Source: a virus (lineage: Duplodnaviria > Caudoviricetes). Taken from it: a DNA stretch of 64,000 bases. The stretch covers positions 1-64,000 of the IMG/VR virus record IMGVR_UViG_3300012347_000104, one strand, 5' to 3'. Positions 36,108-45,631 of this stretch are shown piece by piece. A model generated the notes under the pieces. The model was not told where the DNA came from, did not search any database, and saw only the letters and a program-made list of their open reading frames with translations. Each line of letters begins with the position of its first letter. The stretch's first letter is position 1. Made by a program: the position numbers and the translations under genes.

Positions 36108-37463
36108 ATGGCAAAGTATTTTTACGACCAGCAGATTCGCAGATTCTTAGTGCAGTTCGCACGTATTTTTAGTGATTGGAATGTCACTAAAGGTAAAGAC
36201 CCTGCAGGTAATGACATTGTTATCAGAGTCCCTATCATGTACGGTGATTCAAGTAGACAAGCCGCAGCTATCATTGAAAACAACAGTGCTAGTAACATGC
36301 CATCAGCACCTATCATTACATATTACATCAGTGGTTTAGAATACGACCAGAAGCGCACACAGGATCCGTATTTCATTGATAAGGTAAACGTTCGTCAGCG
36401 TCAACTTGACCCAACAACTGGTCAACTACAAACTACTCAAGGACAAGCATTTACGGTTGAACGTGTGATGCCAGTACCATACACATTGCGTGTAACAGTA
36501 GACTTCTGGACCACTAACTATCAACAGAAACTAGAATTGATTGAACAACTAGGTGTGTTGTTTAACCCATCGATGGAAATACAAAGCACTGATAACTTCA
36601 TTGACTGGACTTCATTGTCTGTTGTGTATCAAGATGGATTAACGTTCAGTAGTAGAAGTATTCCAATGGGTACAGGTAATCCTATTGACGTTATGACTTG
36701 GAAGTTCTATATGCCTATATGGATCAGTTCAAGTGCTAAGGTCAAGAAGCTGGGCGTTATTCACAAAGTTATCGCAAGTATCTTCAAGGGTGCCGCATTG
36801 ACTGACATGCAAGACGACCAACTATTGCTAGGTACTCGTCAAAAGATTACCCCGTACGGATACAAGATTTTGTACATCGGAAATAGCTTGCAGATTTTGC
36901 CTGCTAACCAACCATTCAACCCTGACAACACTGATACTAATCTACCTGATAGTCCTAACTCAGAAGTGTATTGGTCAGCTGTATTGAATGTATATGGAAC
37001 CGTTAGACCTGGCATCAGTCAGATTTGGCTACAAAACCCATATATGGATACTGAGATTGTAGGTACTATTGCGTTTAATCCCAATGATGACAGACTGTTA
37101 ATATTCACTCCTGACCCTGACACACTGCCACAAAACACAGTAGCTCCAGTAGATAGTGTTATTAATCCAACACTAAAGGGACCAGAGTCTGGTTTACCTG
37201 AAGCAATCGTTGGGCAGCGTTATTTAATTGTAGAGAACATCTCTGCGACCTCGACAGCTTGGGGACCAGTAGCTGCTAGTGCAAATGATATTATCGAGTA
37301 CAACGGAACAAATTGGACAGTATCATTTGTTAGTAAAGATGCTAGTGCAATCGAATACGTTACGAATCTAACTTCAGGTGTACAGTATCGCTTTGCTGAA
37401 GGTGCTTGGATGAAGAGCTACGAAGGTTGGTATGATGAGGGAGATTATTCTATCGTCATCTAA
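36108..37463 (+). CDS. gp15: tail terminator/sheath stabiliser (T4 gp15-like) with extension
   Basis: YFYDQQIRRFLVQFARIFS, VPIMYG, MPVPYTL, QKLELIEQL..LFNP. Confidence 0.85.
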   Translation: MAKYFYDQQIRRFLVQFARIFSDWNVTKGKDPAGNDIVIRVPIMYGDSSRQAAAIIENNSASNMPSAPIITYYISGLEYDQKRTQDPYFIDKVNVRQRQLDPTTGQLQTTQGQAFTVERVMPVPYTLRVTVDFWTTNYQQKLELIEQLGVLFNPSMEIQSTDNFIDWTSLSVVYQDGLTFSSRSIPMGTGNPIDVMTWKFYMPIWISSSAKVKKLGVIHKVIASIFKGAALTDMQDDQLLLGTRQKITPYGYKILYIGNSLQILPANQPFNPDNTDTNLPDSPNSEVYWSAVLNVYGTVRPGISQIWLQNPYMDTEIVGTIAFNPNDDRLLIFTPDPDTLPQNTVAPVDSVINPTLKGPESGLPEAIVGQRYLIVENISATSTAWGPVAASANDIIEYNGTNWTVSFVSKDASAIEYVTNLTSGVQYRFAEGAWMKSYEGWYDEGDYSIVI

Positions 37464-37482
37464 CTATGAGATAAATCATAGT

Positions 37483-37905
37483 ATGACAGTTAGAAATATC
37501 TCTGCCGGCGTATTCTTCTTTGCGGCATCTACCAATCGTTTTCTTTTCTTATTACGAGTAGATGAAAAAAACCTATACAACTGGGGAATCCCAGGTGGTA
37601 AAGTCGAAGAAGGTGAATCTATCCTAGAAGGTGTAGCCAGAGAATGTGATGAAGAAATTGGCTTCTTCCCAGCTGATGCTAAGTTAGTACCTATTCAAAA
37701 GTTTGACAATAACAACTTCACGTACAATACATTCTTTTGCCGTGTAAGCGATGAATTCATCCCGACACTAAATCACGAACACTGCGGATATTGCTGGGTC
37801 CCGTATGACTGCTATCCTAAACCACTACATCCAGGATTGTTTAACACTATCAATTTTGATATAGTAAAAAGCAAACTAGACAAACTAATAAAAAAAGCCG
37901 CATAA
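37483..37905 (+). CDS. Nudix hydrolase (start reassigned to MTVRNISAG)
   Basis: Nudix box GGKVEEGESILEGVARECDEEIG; LNHEH..Y.W. Confidence 0.9.
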   Translation: MTVRNISAGVFFFAASTNRFLFLLRVDEKNLYNWGIPGGKVEEGESILEGVARECDEEIGFFPADAKLVPIQKFDNNNFTYNTFFCRVSDEFIPTLNHEHCGYCWVPYDCYPKPLHPGLFNTINFDIVKSKLDKLIKKAA

Positions 37906-37917
37906 AGCGGCTTTTTT
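37891..37917. terminator. bidirectional intrinsic terminator
   Basis: AAAAAAGCCGC-ATAAA-GCGGCTTTTTT between convergent genes. Confidence 0.85.
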
Positions 37918-37934
37918 GTTGTGCTTAAAAAATA

Positions 37935-38915
37935 TTAAGCGTTTGCGATTTGAACGTATGCGCCCTGAGCAGCAGCAAATCTCCAAGGAGCAACTGCGTC
38001 AGTCTCGTATAACCAATCAGCGTCAGCACCATCATCAACTGCACGAGTCAATGTTGCTTTGTGCGCTGTCAACTTAGTAACGTAGTATGTGTTACCGTTA
38101 GCATCAGTAGCCATAATAGACATTTGACCGTCAGATAAAGATGCAGAAGCTGTTAAATTACAAACTCCAGTACGTGTACCGTCAGTAACTTTGAAACGCT
38201 TTGCGCCCTTTTGGCTGATAATGTCAACTGCTGCATCAGAACCACCAGCTAACTGAGCAGTAGCCAAGATAGCGTTTTCTTGGTTAGTAGAAGCGTTGTC
38301 GTTGTTGTTTGTTGCGCCTGAATCTGTAGTCAATGCAACTGTTGGTGCGCCAACTGCTGTACCACCTGTGTTAGTACCGGCTGTTGTCCAAGAGATTGTT
38401 GGAGCAGCAACGTAGCCAGAACCTTTTTCCACTGTAGTGATAGACTTAACACGATACTTAACAGTAGCTTGTTGTTCACCGTCGCCACCGACGATTTGGT
38501 ATGTATCTTCTACTGTTGGGACTGTAGTGAACTCACCACGGTTAACAGGAACGATAACTTGAACTTCACCTTGACCTGAGCCAACTGCTGTAATGTTAGC
38601 AGTAACACCGGCTAAGCCTGTTAGTGCTGTTGCGCCACCTGTAGTTACTTCATAGCCGTTTCCAACTAAACCGTTAGAAACTGTGATGCTTTCAACTTCC
38701 CAAACTACTGTAGCAGTAGCTTGAACACCTGTTGGCAATGTTGGAGCTGGAATTACTAACTGTGGTTGAGAGTAAGTAGCGTTGATAATTAGGCTACCTT
38801 TTTGACCAGGCAATGTGAATGCTGCTAAGCCTTCACCACCGATGTTATTGTCGCCTGTACCTGTGGTACCGATGTTACGGTTACCGAATAATTTTTTGTT
38901 TAATGGACGTCCCAT
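37935..38915 (-). CDS. putative virion structural protein (G/T/A-rich)
   Basis: MGRPLNKKLFG N-terminus; V...G.GY..AP repeats; host-like codon bias similar to sheath. Confidence 0.6.
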   Translation of the reverse strand: MGRPLNKKLFGNRNIGTTGTGDNNIGGEGLAAFTLPGQKGSLIINATYSQPQLVIPAPTLPTGVQATATVVWEVESITVSNGLVGNGYEVTTGGATALTGLAGVTANITAVGSGQGEVQVIVPVNRGEFTTVPTVEDTYQIVGGDGEQQATVKYRVKSITTVEKGSGYVAAPTISWTTAGTNTGGTAVGAPTVALTTDSGATNNNDNASTNQENAILATAQLAGGSDAAVDIISQKGAKRFKVTDGTRTGVCNLTASASLSDGQMSIMATDANGNTYYVTKLTAHKATLTRAVDDGADADWLYETDAVAPWRFAAAQGAYVQIANA

Positions 38916-38988
38916 TTTGTTTCCTTTAGAATGACGTTCTAGGTCTACGCAGAGGGATTCTGCATAAATTAATTGAACAATGTATTTA

Positions 38989-39339
38989 TCAGACCTGAGT
39001 CATTGTGACGTTATACACGTTACCTGAAGAAATTTCAGTAAAGAATACACCACCGCTGTTGGCGTGCATCGTGAACGTTGCGCTCACTGTAAATGTGTTT
39101 GCTGATACTACGTTTGCTGAACCTTGAATCTGAGAAAATGCAATAGAACAGTTAGGACTGTTAGTTAATATTTCAGTGTTTGTTGGGTTATTACCTTCTT
39201 GAGGAACCCAAGAAGGATCGTTGCCAATGAATACTCGTTGTTCATCCGAAGCGAATCCAATCTCACCAATATCTAATTGTGGAATCTCATCTGCTGAGCC
39301 GGTTCTGTGAACGATTTTTGAAATTTGTACGATTGCCAT
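38989..39339 (-). CDS. short protein with major-tropism-determinant N-terminal-like (fibre shoulder) domain
   Basis: MAIVQISKIVHRTG...LDIGEIGFASDEQRVFIGN. Confidence 0.6.
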   Translation of the reverse strand: MAIVQISKIVHRTGSADEIPQLDIGEIGFASDEQRVFIGNDPSWVPQEGNNPTNTEILTNSPNCSIAFSQIQGSANVVSANTFTVSATFTMHANSGGVFFTEISSGNVYNVTMTQV

Positions 39340-39376
39340 AGTATATCTTCTCTAGTGATATACTATTTATCATCGT

Positions 39377-40063
39377 TTATGCGAACTTGGTGTAGAATTC
39401 TTCTAGCTTTTTATACCACTCTTGTTGGTACTTATCGAATTCATTGCCCTCGATTATGAACTCTTGGTACATAGCGTTCGGATCACACATGAAAATAACT
39501 CCCTTGCGGATCTTTGTCCCATGAAGTTCATTGTGAGCTGTTGCATATGCCGCAAGTTGAACAAAGTAGTCATCAATCCACTCTCTTTTCTTGGGTTTAT
39601 TAGTCTGCTTATGATCCATGATAGATTCACTGCCATCATGCACACCGACCAAATCAGTTGTTCCAGCATAGACCGCAGGGAAGTATAGAGGGACTTCAGT
39701 GCCCCAGAATTCAGTGCAGTTACATAAACCTTGCCTGATAATTGAGTCAGCCATCTTGTGACTTTGGATACTGTATGGGTTAGAACCTGACGCACCTAAT
39801 GCTCCTGTTAATACGTAATCTTCCAAGAACTTATGCATTCTTGTGCCACGACTTGCAGCTTCTGTTGAAATCTCTTGCGCCTTAGCGGTACCTACTCTAT
39901 TACGCCATTGTTGTAGAACTAGTTTCTTTTCTTCTGATTGAGTAGCAGAAAGAATAGTAGTGACTGACGGTAGTTTGTTACCATCAGGGGTAGCATAGCG
40001 TCTACCTTCAGGGGTATCGACTCTTTTCAAAGCCTCATATTTAAATTTATTGGGAATGTACAT
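39377..40063 (-). CDS. PD-(D/E)xK exonuclease (lambda-exo/MGME1-like)
   Basis: LPSVTTIL, RGTRMH, E.PL....YAGTTD.V...IMDHKQT, YFVQLAAY. Confidence 0.85.
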   Translation of the reverse strand: MYIPNKFKYEALKRVDTPEGRRYATPDGNKLPSVTTILSATQSEEKKLVLQQWRNRVGTAKAQEISTEAASRGTRMHKFLEDYVLTGALGASGSNPYSIQSHKMADSIIRQGLCNCTEFWGTEVPLYFPAVYAGTTDLVGVHDGSESIMDHKQTNKPKKREWIDDYFVQLAAYATAHNELHGTKIRKGVIFMCDPNAMYQEFIIEGNEFDKYQQEWYKKLEEFYTKFA

Positions 40064-40069
40064 ATGGCA

Positions 40070-40099
40070 ATTGTACTATAAATTTCTTCATAGTACAAT
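40070..40099 (-). promoter_or_regulatory. leaderless sigma70-type promoter formed by a 10-bp inverted repeat
   Basis: TTGTAC-17-TACAAT, 6 nt to ATG; ATTGTACTAT/ATAGTACAAT arms. Confidence 0.55.
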
Positions 40100-40107
40100 C
40101 TGTTTGG

Positions 40108-40428
40108 TTAAGCTAATTTGTTTGATTGCTTTTTAGCCATTTGCTGACGAATCTGTTCATTCTCGTCGGGTCTAGGTTCTTCCATCTCACCTTGTTGACC
40201 CTTAAACACTACTTGTTTACTTTCAATATCTTGGATAATGTTTACAAGAGGTTCTTTTTTGATAATATCGTAAATATCGTCATCATCAATAGAGATTTTG
40301 TTTGAGCGGAGAATTTCAACAAACTGGTCTAGTGGCATAGGTTCGCTACTATTAGATTTTAATTGAGTAGCGACCCCTGTTAACTTGACTCGCAGCGGAT
40401 CATCGTCAGCGAACTCGAATAATCTCAT
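40108..40428 (-). CDS. hypothetical protein, MRLFE N-terminus
   Basis: 106 aa. Confidence 0.6.
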   Translation of the reverse strand: MRLFEFADDDPLRVKLTGVATQLKSNSSEPMPLDQFVEILRSNKISIDDDDIYDIIKKEPLVNIIQDIESKQVVFKGQQGEMEEPRPDENEQIRQQMAKKQSNKLA

Positions 40429-40429
40429 A

Positions 40430-41143
40430 TTAACGAGTTGCGCGGCCTACGCTTGATAGTTCTTCTGGCTCTTCTTCGGGCATTTCTGCATCTAAATCTG
40501 CTTCGCCGCCCATGTCCATACCTGAATCATCGACTGATACATCAGACATTTCATCGCCCATGCCCATGTCATCACCTGCCATGCTCATATCAGCAGCGCC
40601 TTGACCAGTAATGATACCGACAGCACCTGAGATACCTGTCTTAGCGCCAGTTAGTGCGGCTTGCAATGCTGTCAACGCTTGAGTAACTTGGTCATTGAAT
40701 TGTTGACCCTCATTTGTTCCTACTTCTGAATTGACACCGTCAACGACTGCTGGAAGTTCTTTAACTAGCATGTCAGAAACTTGCTCGACCATCTTTTGTA
40801 AACTGTCAGCCATTTCTTGTGCAGCCAAGATAACTTGTGATTTCTCAACTTGCTCGTTTTCTACAACGATACGTTGATTGTACATTGGACGAGCCTTCAA
40901 ATCACCATAGTGATGTGTAAGTGCTTGTTCCATGAACAATGCTTTTAAGAAAGCTGGATTCTGTTCGCTACGAACAGCTTTATCTGATGACTTCATCTCA
41001 GCGATAAGACCACGCACTTTCGTCAACATTTGACGAGTAGCTTGTAGGTCTAGCTTAGATGTATTGACATCAGTGTTGAAATGCTCTTTGAGTGCTTTTT
41101 TAGCAACTTGAGATTTCTTTAGGTTAAATTCGTTAAGTTTCAT
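40430..41143 (-). CDS. putative prohead core/scaffold-like protein
   Basis: MKLNE N-terminus, coiled coil, D/M/E-rich tail; late promoter at 41169-41176. Confidence 0.45.
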   Translation of the reverse strand: MKLNEFNLKKSQVAKKALKEHFNTDVNTSKLDLQATRQMLTKVRGLIAEMKSSDKAVRSEQNPAFLKALFMEQALTHHYGDLKARPMYNQRIVVENEQVEKSQVILAAQEMADSLQKMVEQVSDMLVKELPAVVDGVNSEVGTNEGQQFNDQVTQALTALQAALTGAKTGISGAVGIITGQGAADMSMAGDDMGMGDEMSDVSVDDSGMDMGGEADLDAEMPEEEPEELSSVGRATR

Positions 41144-41186
41144 GGTTGTTCCTAGAGTACTAATAATGTATTTATCATTATTAAAT

Positions 41187-41660
41187 TTATTTGACGGCTT
41201 CTTTGAATCGCTTTTCTTGCCAAGTCTTAGAATTCAGAATATAGCGATTAAGTTCCGCTGTAATCATAGTCTTTTTGAGTTTATCTTCCTGTAGTTTAGC
41301 AGAATAGATGAGTTTTTTGTCGATATCTTTAGCTTTTTTGTAGAGTTGCGTATGCACTTCGAGGTTTACTACTGTTCCCTCAAGCATTAAATCCAAGTCA
41401 AGTACACGGTTTGCATCGCCAACTCTCTCACGTTTGTACATAGTAGCCCAAGCTACTGCATTACGTAAACTGTGAAATTCTTCGGTTAAGCTAGTGTGAT
41501 ATTTTTCTACGATGAACTTGTTATTTGTAGGCTTGATGAAGAACTCACCAAACAACTCATACCCGCCGTTCGTGGTAATTACTAATGCTTTCTCAAGGGC
41601 AGCAAGGTCGTTGTCAGTAATCAGACGTTTGAACTTTTCAAACATTTTCTTATCACGCAT
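41187..41660 (-). CDS. hypothetical protein
   Basis: 157 aa. Confidence 0.6.
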   Translation of the reverse strand: MRDKKMFEKFKRLITDNDLAALEKALVITTNGGYELFGEFFIKPTNNKFIVEKYHTSLTEEFHSLRNAVAWATMYKRERVGDANRVLDLDLMLEGTVVNLEVHTQLYKKAKDIDKKLIYSAKLQEDKLKKTMITAELNRYILNSKTWQEKRFKEAVK

Positions 41661-42111
41661 GGCTTATTACCTCAAAGTGGATATTTCTCAATTCAGAGCT
41701 GGTATCTAAAAAATCAGGGAGTTTGTTCCACTCTCTGGATGTTTTAGTCATGGGTACTCCGTGACAGTCTTCGAACAAGTAGCCCAGATTATCTATACCG
41801 TCATCAAATACGTTTTCTTTGGCTATGTCAAAATCAAAGACCCAGCAAGATTGATCCTCTTCGTTGTCGAATAGAAATCCAAACTTCTCTAACATAGCGA
41901 AGTTAATTTTCTTTTGTTCTGGATTTGACGAATTTTCAGGTTGACACCGTATTGAAATTATTTGCATCACTGTATCAAAATTAGTTTGAGCATTACGCTT
42001 TATTTCCCAATCTTTGTACTGCTCTGTTGTAAAATTTACAGATGGTCGTCGGCTAATTGTCTGCGTTCTTGTAACGTCAAAAAGTGTATGGCATCTGATT
42101 CTATAACTCAT
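41653..42111 (-). CDS. hypothetical late protein
   Basis: 152 aa; TATAAATA 4 nt upstream. Confidence 0.6.
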   Translation of the reverse strand: MSYRIRCHTLFDVTRTQTISRRPSVNFTTEQYKDWEIKRNAQTNFDTVMQIISIRCQPENSSNPEQKKINFAMLEKFGFLFDNEEDQSCWVFDFDIAKENVFDDGIDNLGYLFEDCHGVPMTKTSREWNKLPDFLDTSSELRNIHFEVISHA

Positions 42112-42130
42112 ACTCTATTTATAGAAGTAA

Positions 42131-42154
42131 AAAAGCCCTAGAAATTCTAGGGCT
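42131..42154 (-). terminator. intrinsic terminator
   Basis: AGCCCTAGAA-AT-TTCTAGGGCT-TTTT on the minus strand. Confidence 0.75.
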
Positions 42155-42159
42155 AGTCT

Positions 42160-42897
42160 TTATTCGTTCGCGCCTCTGACAATGTTTGGATTGTCGTCTT
42201 GCGGTACGTTTGGTTTAGGTCGTTGTCCTGTAGCAACCATCTTAACCATCTCAGCATACTCACCCGGAGCTACTTTATTCAATGCGTTTAATGCTGCTCT
42301 TAGAATAGCTTCCAAATCATCAATTGCACTAGGAATTGCCAACATGCTAATTTGACTAATAATTTTACTTGTTGCCGGACTTAGTTGGTCTGCTGTACCT
42401 AACGTATTCTTGCTGTTAGGATCAGCGTTCGCTGGCATTGGCTTTCCGGCTGCTTGTGGTTGAGCAGTAGCCCCACCGTTACGGTTTTGCATGCCGATTT
42501 GATACAATACGTCACCTATTTTAGACGAATCTTTTGTACGTGCTGCTGAATTTAATGCTTGCTGTTGCTGAGTAGTTAAAGGACCCCAGTTATTCTTCTG
42601 GATGTATGACTGTAGATATGAAGTGGGGTTAAATGCACCGCCACCACCTCTTGCAAGAGTATCAAATTCTGCTTTGAAATCTTTAACGTAGTTATCTTTT
42701 CTAACTGCCATTTTTGCATCTGCACCACCAAAGCCAGTAGCCTTGAACAATCCCTTTTTAAACGCACTAGGTCCGGTGTTTGTTTTAGTTGCTACTTGCT
42801 TAGGAGCTGCTTGAGTTGGCGTTTGGGCGGCACCTGCGTTAGGATTTCTTGCATTCTTCCAAACCGCAGCTTCTGTGATTACGTCTTTAATTTTCAT
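42160..42897 (-). CDS. putative internal virion protein (start reassigned to MKIKDVITE)
   Basis: A/Q/P-rich; ATG at 42897 overlaps the end of the upstream gene. Confidence 0.55.
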   Translation of the reverse strand: MKIKDVITEAAVWKNARNPNAGAAQTPTQAAPKQVATKTNTGPSAFKKGLFKATGFGGADAKMAVRKDNYVKDFKAEFDTLARGGGGAFNPTSYLQSYIQKNNWGPLTTQQQQALNSAARTKDSSKIGDVLYQIGMQNRNGGATAQPQAAGKPMPANADPNSKNTLGTADQLSPATSKIISQISMLAIPSAIDDLEAILRAALNALNKVAPGEYAEMVKMVATGQRPKPNVPQDDNPNIVRGANE

Positions 42898-43132
42898 CGT
42901 TTTTCCTGATACTCTTGGAAAATCTAGATTGGTCTCGTGACTTGATTGCCCCGAGTAATTTTCGCTCAAGAATAGCTGCCACCTCAGGATCATAGTTCTG
43001 ATTAATCATTTCTAATAGATTAATCGCACTAGTGATAATATTGTGGGCTCGGCTTTCGATGATGTGTTTAGTATCACGTTTCTGACCGATCGACTCTAAC
43101 TCCTCTAAGAGGCTGCGTGTATTCTTTTGCAT
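42887..43132 (-). CDS. small helical late protein
   Basis: 81 aa; GATAAATA at 43152-43159. Confidence 0.6.
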   Translation of the reverse strand: MQKNTRSLLEELESIGQKRDTKHIIESRAHNIITSAINLLEMINQNYDPEVAAILERKLLGAIKSRDQSRFSKSIRKNDEN

Positions 43133-43157
43133 AAAATAGATATCCTATCAGTATTTA

Positions 43158-44618
43158 TCATCTTTTCAGATTGTTGAGCATTGCTTTTAACTTACTGCCC
43201 TGGACATCTGCCACTACTTTTTTCTCTAGAGGCTCTAGAATTTCCCCAGTATCGGGGTTAATAATATCAGTCGTGCTATTCAACGTAGACTGAGGTTTCA
43301 ACTGACTCATAATATCATTAGGACTCGGAGCCGGACGATACTTAGCTTGCTGTTCTGCATAACCATCAGGATCTTCATCAGTGATACGCATTGTGTCAAT
43401 ATTGTAGTCTAAGTCAATCTTTTGACCAACACCAGTAGAACTACGTGACTTCATACACTGCATTTGATACTTCCCACGCTCACGCATACTACGACTTGTG
43501 AAGATACCGAACACGTTATCCGCTGTGTTAATCTTTGAAATACCACCTGCGATATGACTATGGTCGAATTCAACTTCTTCAACGGCTGAACGATTCAACT
43601 GTGACGCTGTAACTAACAATACACCTAGTTCTTTAGCTAAGTTACGCAATTCTTCTGAAACATACTTGTCTTTAATGAACTGGTCGTTAGGGTTAACTTT
43701 AACAGATACAGGCATAACCAAATCTAAGTAGTCAACCATCACAAAGTCAACTTTGATACCTGTTTGAATTTGAACTTCTTTCAAGTATGAACGAATGTCG
43801 TTAACGTTTGATTGAGCAGGTAATGCTTTCACCCGATATTGACCTGACTTCTTGGCAAGCATCTTGACCTTCAAGTGAGCATCATCAATGCTTCTACGAA
43901 TGTCTTTTGTACCCATGCTAGTTGCCATCGCATCAGTACGCAACGATGTAAGTTCTTCTGAAAGTTCAAGCGTGATATAAACACCACTCATACCTGTACT
44001 CAACCAGTTCAACGCTAAGTTCATCATAACAAGAGACTTACCTGAACCTGAGCCACCTGCAAAGATGTTCAATTCACCACGAGACATACCACCGTAAAGA
44101 ATCTTATCCATTTGGGGCCAGCCTGTCGAGACCTGTCCACCTGCATTAAAGTACTTGTTGATACGTGCTTTAGGGTCAAAGAAGTAATCTGTACCCATGT
44201 CTTTCTGTAGACTAATTTGCACAGCATCTTTGATTAGTTTTTCAACAGGATCAAAGTCGCCCTTCTCAAGCATATCAGCTGCCTTAAGAATAGCACGTTC
44301 AAGTTCTTGCCGCTTAGTAAAAGCCTCAAAGGCATCTAAGAACCACTCATTGTGACCTTCATTAAGTTCAGGAATAGATTCAATATCAATTCCTGTCATT
44401 GCTTTAATCTGAGTTGTATCAGGAAGTACCTTATACTTGTCAGTATGTTCTTTGAACAGTTCAGCCGCAGGTCTTAATGACTTGTCAAAATTCTCCGAAT
44501 TCATAATGTTCATCACACGAGTGTATAAACTCGCATCTGTTAACATCATGCGCAAAAATAATTTCTGTACGTCTGGTGTGTAGTCTAGTTGTTTTTTAGA
44601 ATCCGTTTTGTTTGCCAA
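43158..44618 (-). CDS. gp41: replicative DnaB-like helicase (T4 gp41-like)
   Basis: STGW..MD..LYGG, AGGSGSGKS, ITLELSE, MVDYLDL, TASQLNR, KSRSS. Confidence 0.92.
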   Translation of the reverse strand: MANKTDSKKQLDYTPDVQKLFLRMMLTDASLYTRVMNIMNSENFDKSLRPAAELFKEHTDKYKVLPDTTQIKAMTGIDIESIPELNEGHNEWFLDAFEAFTKRQELERAILKAADMLEKGDFDPVEKLIKDAVQISLQKDMGTDYFFDPKARINKYFNAGGQVSTGWPQMDKILYGGMSRGELNIFAGGSGSGKSLVMMNLALNWLSTGMSGVYITLELSEELTSLRTDAMATSMGTKDIRRSIDDAHLKVKMLAKKSGQYRVKALPAQSNVNDIRSYLKEVQIQTGIKVDFVMVDYLDLVMPVSVKVNPNDQFIKDKYVSEELRNLAKELGVLLVTASQLNRSAVEEVEFDHSHIAGGISKINTADNVFGIFTSRSMRERGKYQMQCMKSRSSTGVGQKIDLDYNIDTMRITDEDPDGYAEQQAKYRPAPSPNDIMSQLKPQSTLNSTTDIINPDTGEILEPLEKKVVADVQGSKLKAMLNNLKR

Positions 44619-45582
44619 TCTTTTTCCTCTGCATTTCTAATTTTATTTTACTCATTGTAGCATTTTGTAGTATTGAAAGTACAGTAGCAAGTTTGCCGTA
44701 CTTTACAACTGCATCGTTTACGTCTTTGATGCTAGGTTCCCAGTTAGGTAAACTAACACTATACCCTAATTCTAATGCTCTATCAATCATCTTTAATCCC
44801 GTCTTATCGAAATCGGGTACTACGATGATTCTTCTGTTTAGTTGTGCAAGCAACACCGCCTGTTCAGGGCTAATGTCATCATGCATAACTGCCACACCAT
44901 CTATGCTAAGTGCGTCAAAGATTCCTTCGGTTACAATACATACCTGCCAATCTGGACTTTGTATATCAATGTTGAATACGTAGCCAGCTTGTTGGTCGTT
45001 AATATATTTTGGTATTTTTTTATCGAGGTATCTACTTGTGTTGCCGACAATCATATTGTTATAAGTGTACGGAACAATGACACGATTCTTATTTCTGCCG
45101 CCCATTGAATCATCATGGGGTGTAACTAAGAATGGATATGACTCTATATCTATCTTGCGTCCTTGCAGATAATCTACGAATACTTTGTGTTCTGGGTTAT
45201 TTTTATCTAAGAGTTCACCGTCTGGTAATTTCTTCTCAGCAAATGCAATACGCTCTCTGCGCTTTGGCTCGATGTAGTCGAGCAGGTCTTTGTGTTGTAG
45301 ACTCTCAAGACTCCAACGTTGTACTTGTTCTTTGTCTACCCCACACCATTGTAGAAAGTCTCTAGTTTTGGGTGTTATTGACTTGCCTAATTGAAATCCA
45401 CAACTGAATCTACAATTGAAGCAGTGCATAATCCAATTAGTCTGTCCGTCAAACTTTATGCCGCCGCGACCTCTACGATCCGATTTGTGACCGCGATGAC
45501 CGCAACAAACCGCATTGAAGCTAGTCCAACCGCTACTTGTGTTTTTCTTTTTACCGGGAATGATTGAAAGGATATCGAACAT
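44596..45582 (-). CDS. gp61: DNA primase (DnaG/T4 gp61-like)
   Basis: N-terminal Zn ribbon (CC...HCFNC), TOPRIM EGIFDA and PDFD. Confidence 0.85.
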   Translation of the reverse strand: MFDILSIIPGKKKNTSSGWTSFNAVCCGHRGHKSDRRGRGGIKFDGQTNWIMHCFNCRFSCGFQLGKSITPKTRDFLQWCGVDKEQVQRWSLESLQHKDLLDYIEPKRRERIAFAEKKLPDGELLDKNNPEHKVFVDYLQGRKIDIESYPFLVTPHDDSMGGRNKNRVIVPYTYNNMIVGNTSRYLDKKIPKYINDQQAGYVFNIDIQSPDWQVCIVTEGIFDALSIDGVAVMHDDISPEQAVLLAQLNRRIIVVPDFDKTGLKMIDRALELGYSVSLPNWEPSIKDVNDAVVKYGKLATVLSILQNATMSKIKLEMQRKKIGKQNGF

Positions 45583-45590
45583 GCTTTGCT

Positions 45591-45619
45591 ATTATAACAA
45601 AGTATGTATACGAAAGCAA
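45591..45619 (-). promoter_or_regulatory. sigma70-type promoter, near-leaderless, for primase-helicase
   Basis: TTGCTT-17-TATAAT, 8 nt to ATG. Confidence 0.65.
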
Positions 45620-45631
45620 TAGAGTTGGTAA

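Noticed and set aside
38989-39339. Possible diversity-generating retroelement target (Mtd N-terminal-like domain)
   Set aside because: Only the N-terminal shoulder-like part is present; no reverse transcriptase and no template/variable repeat pair seen in the window
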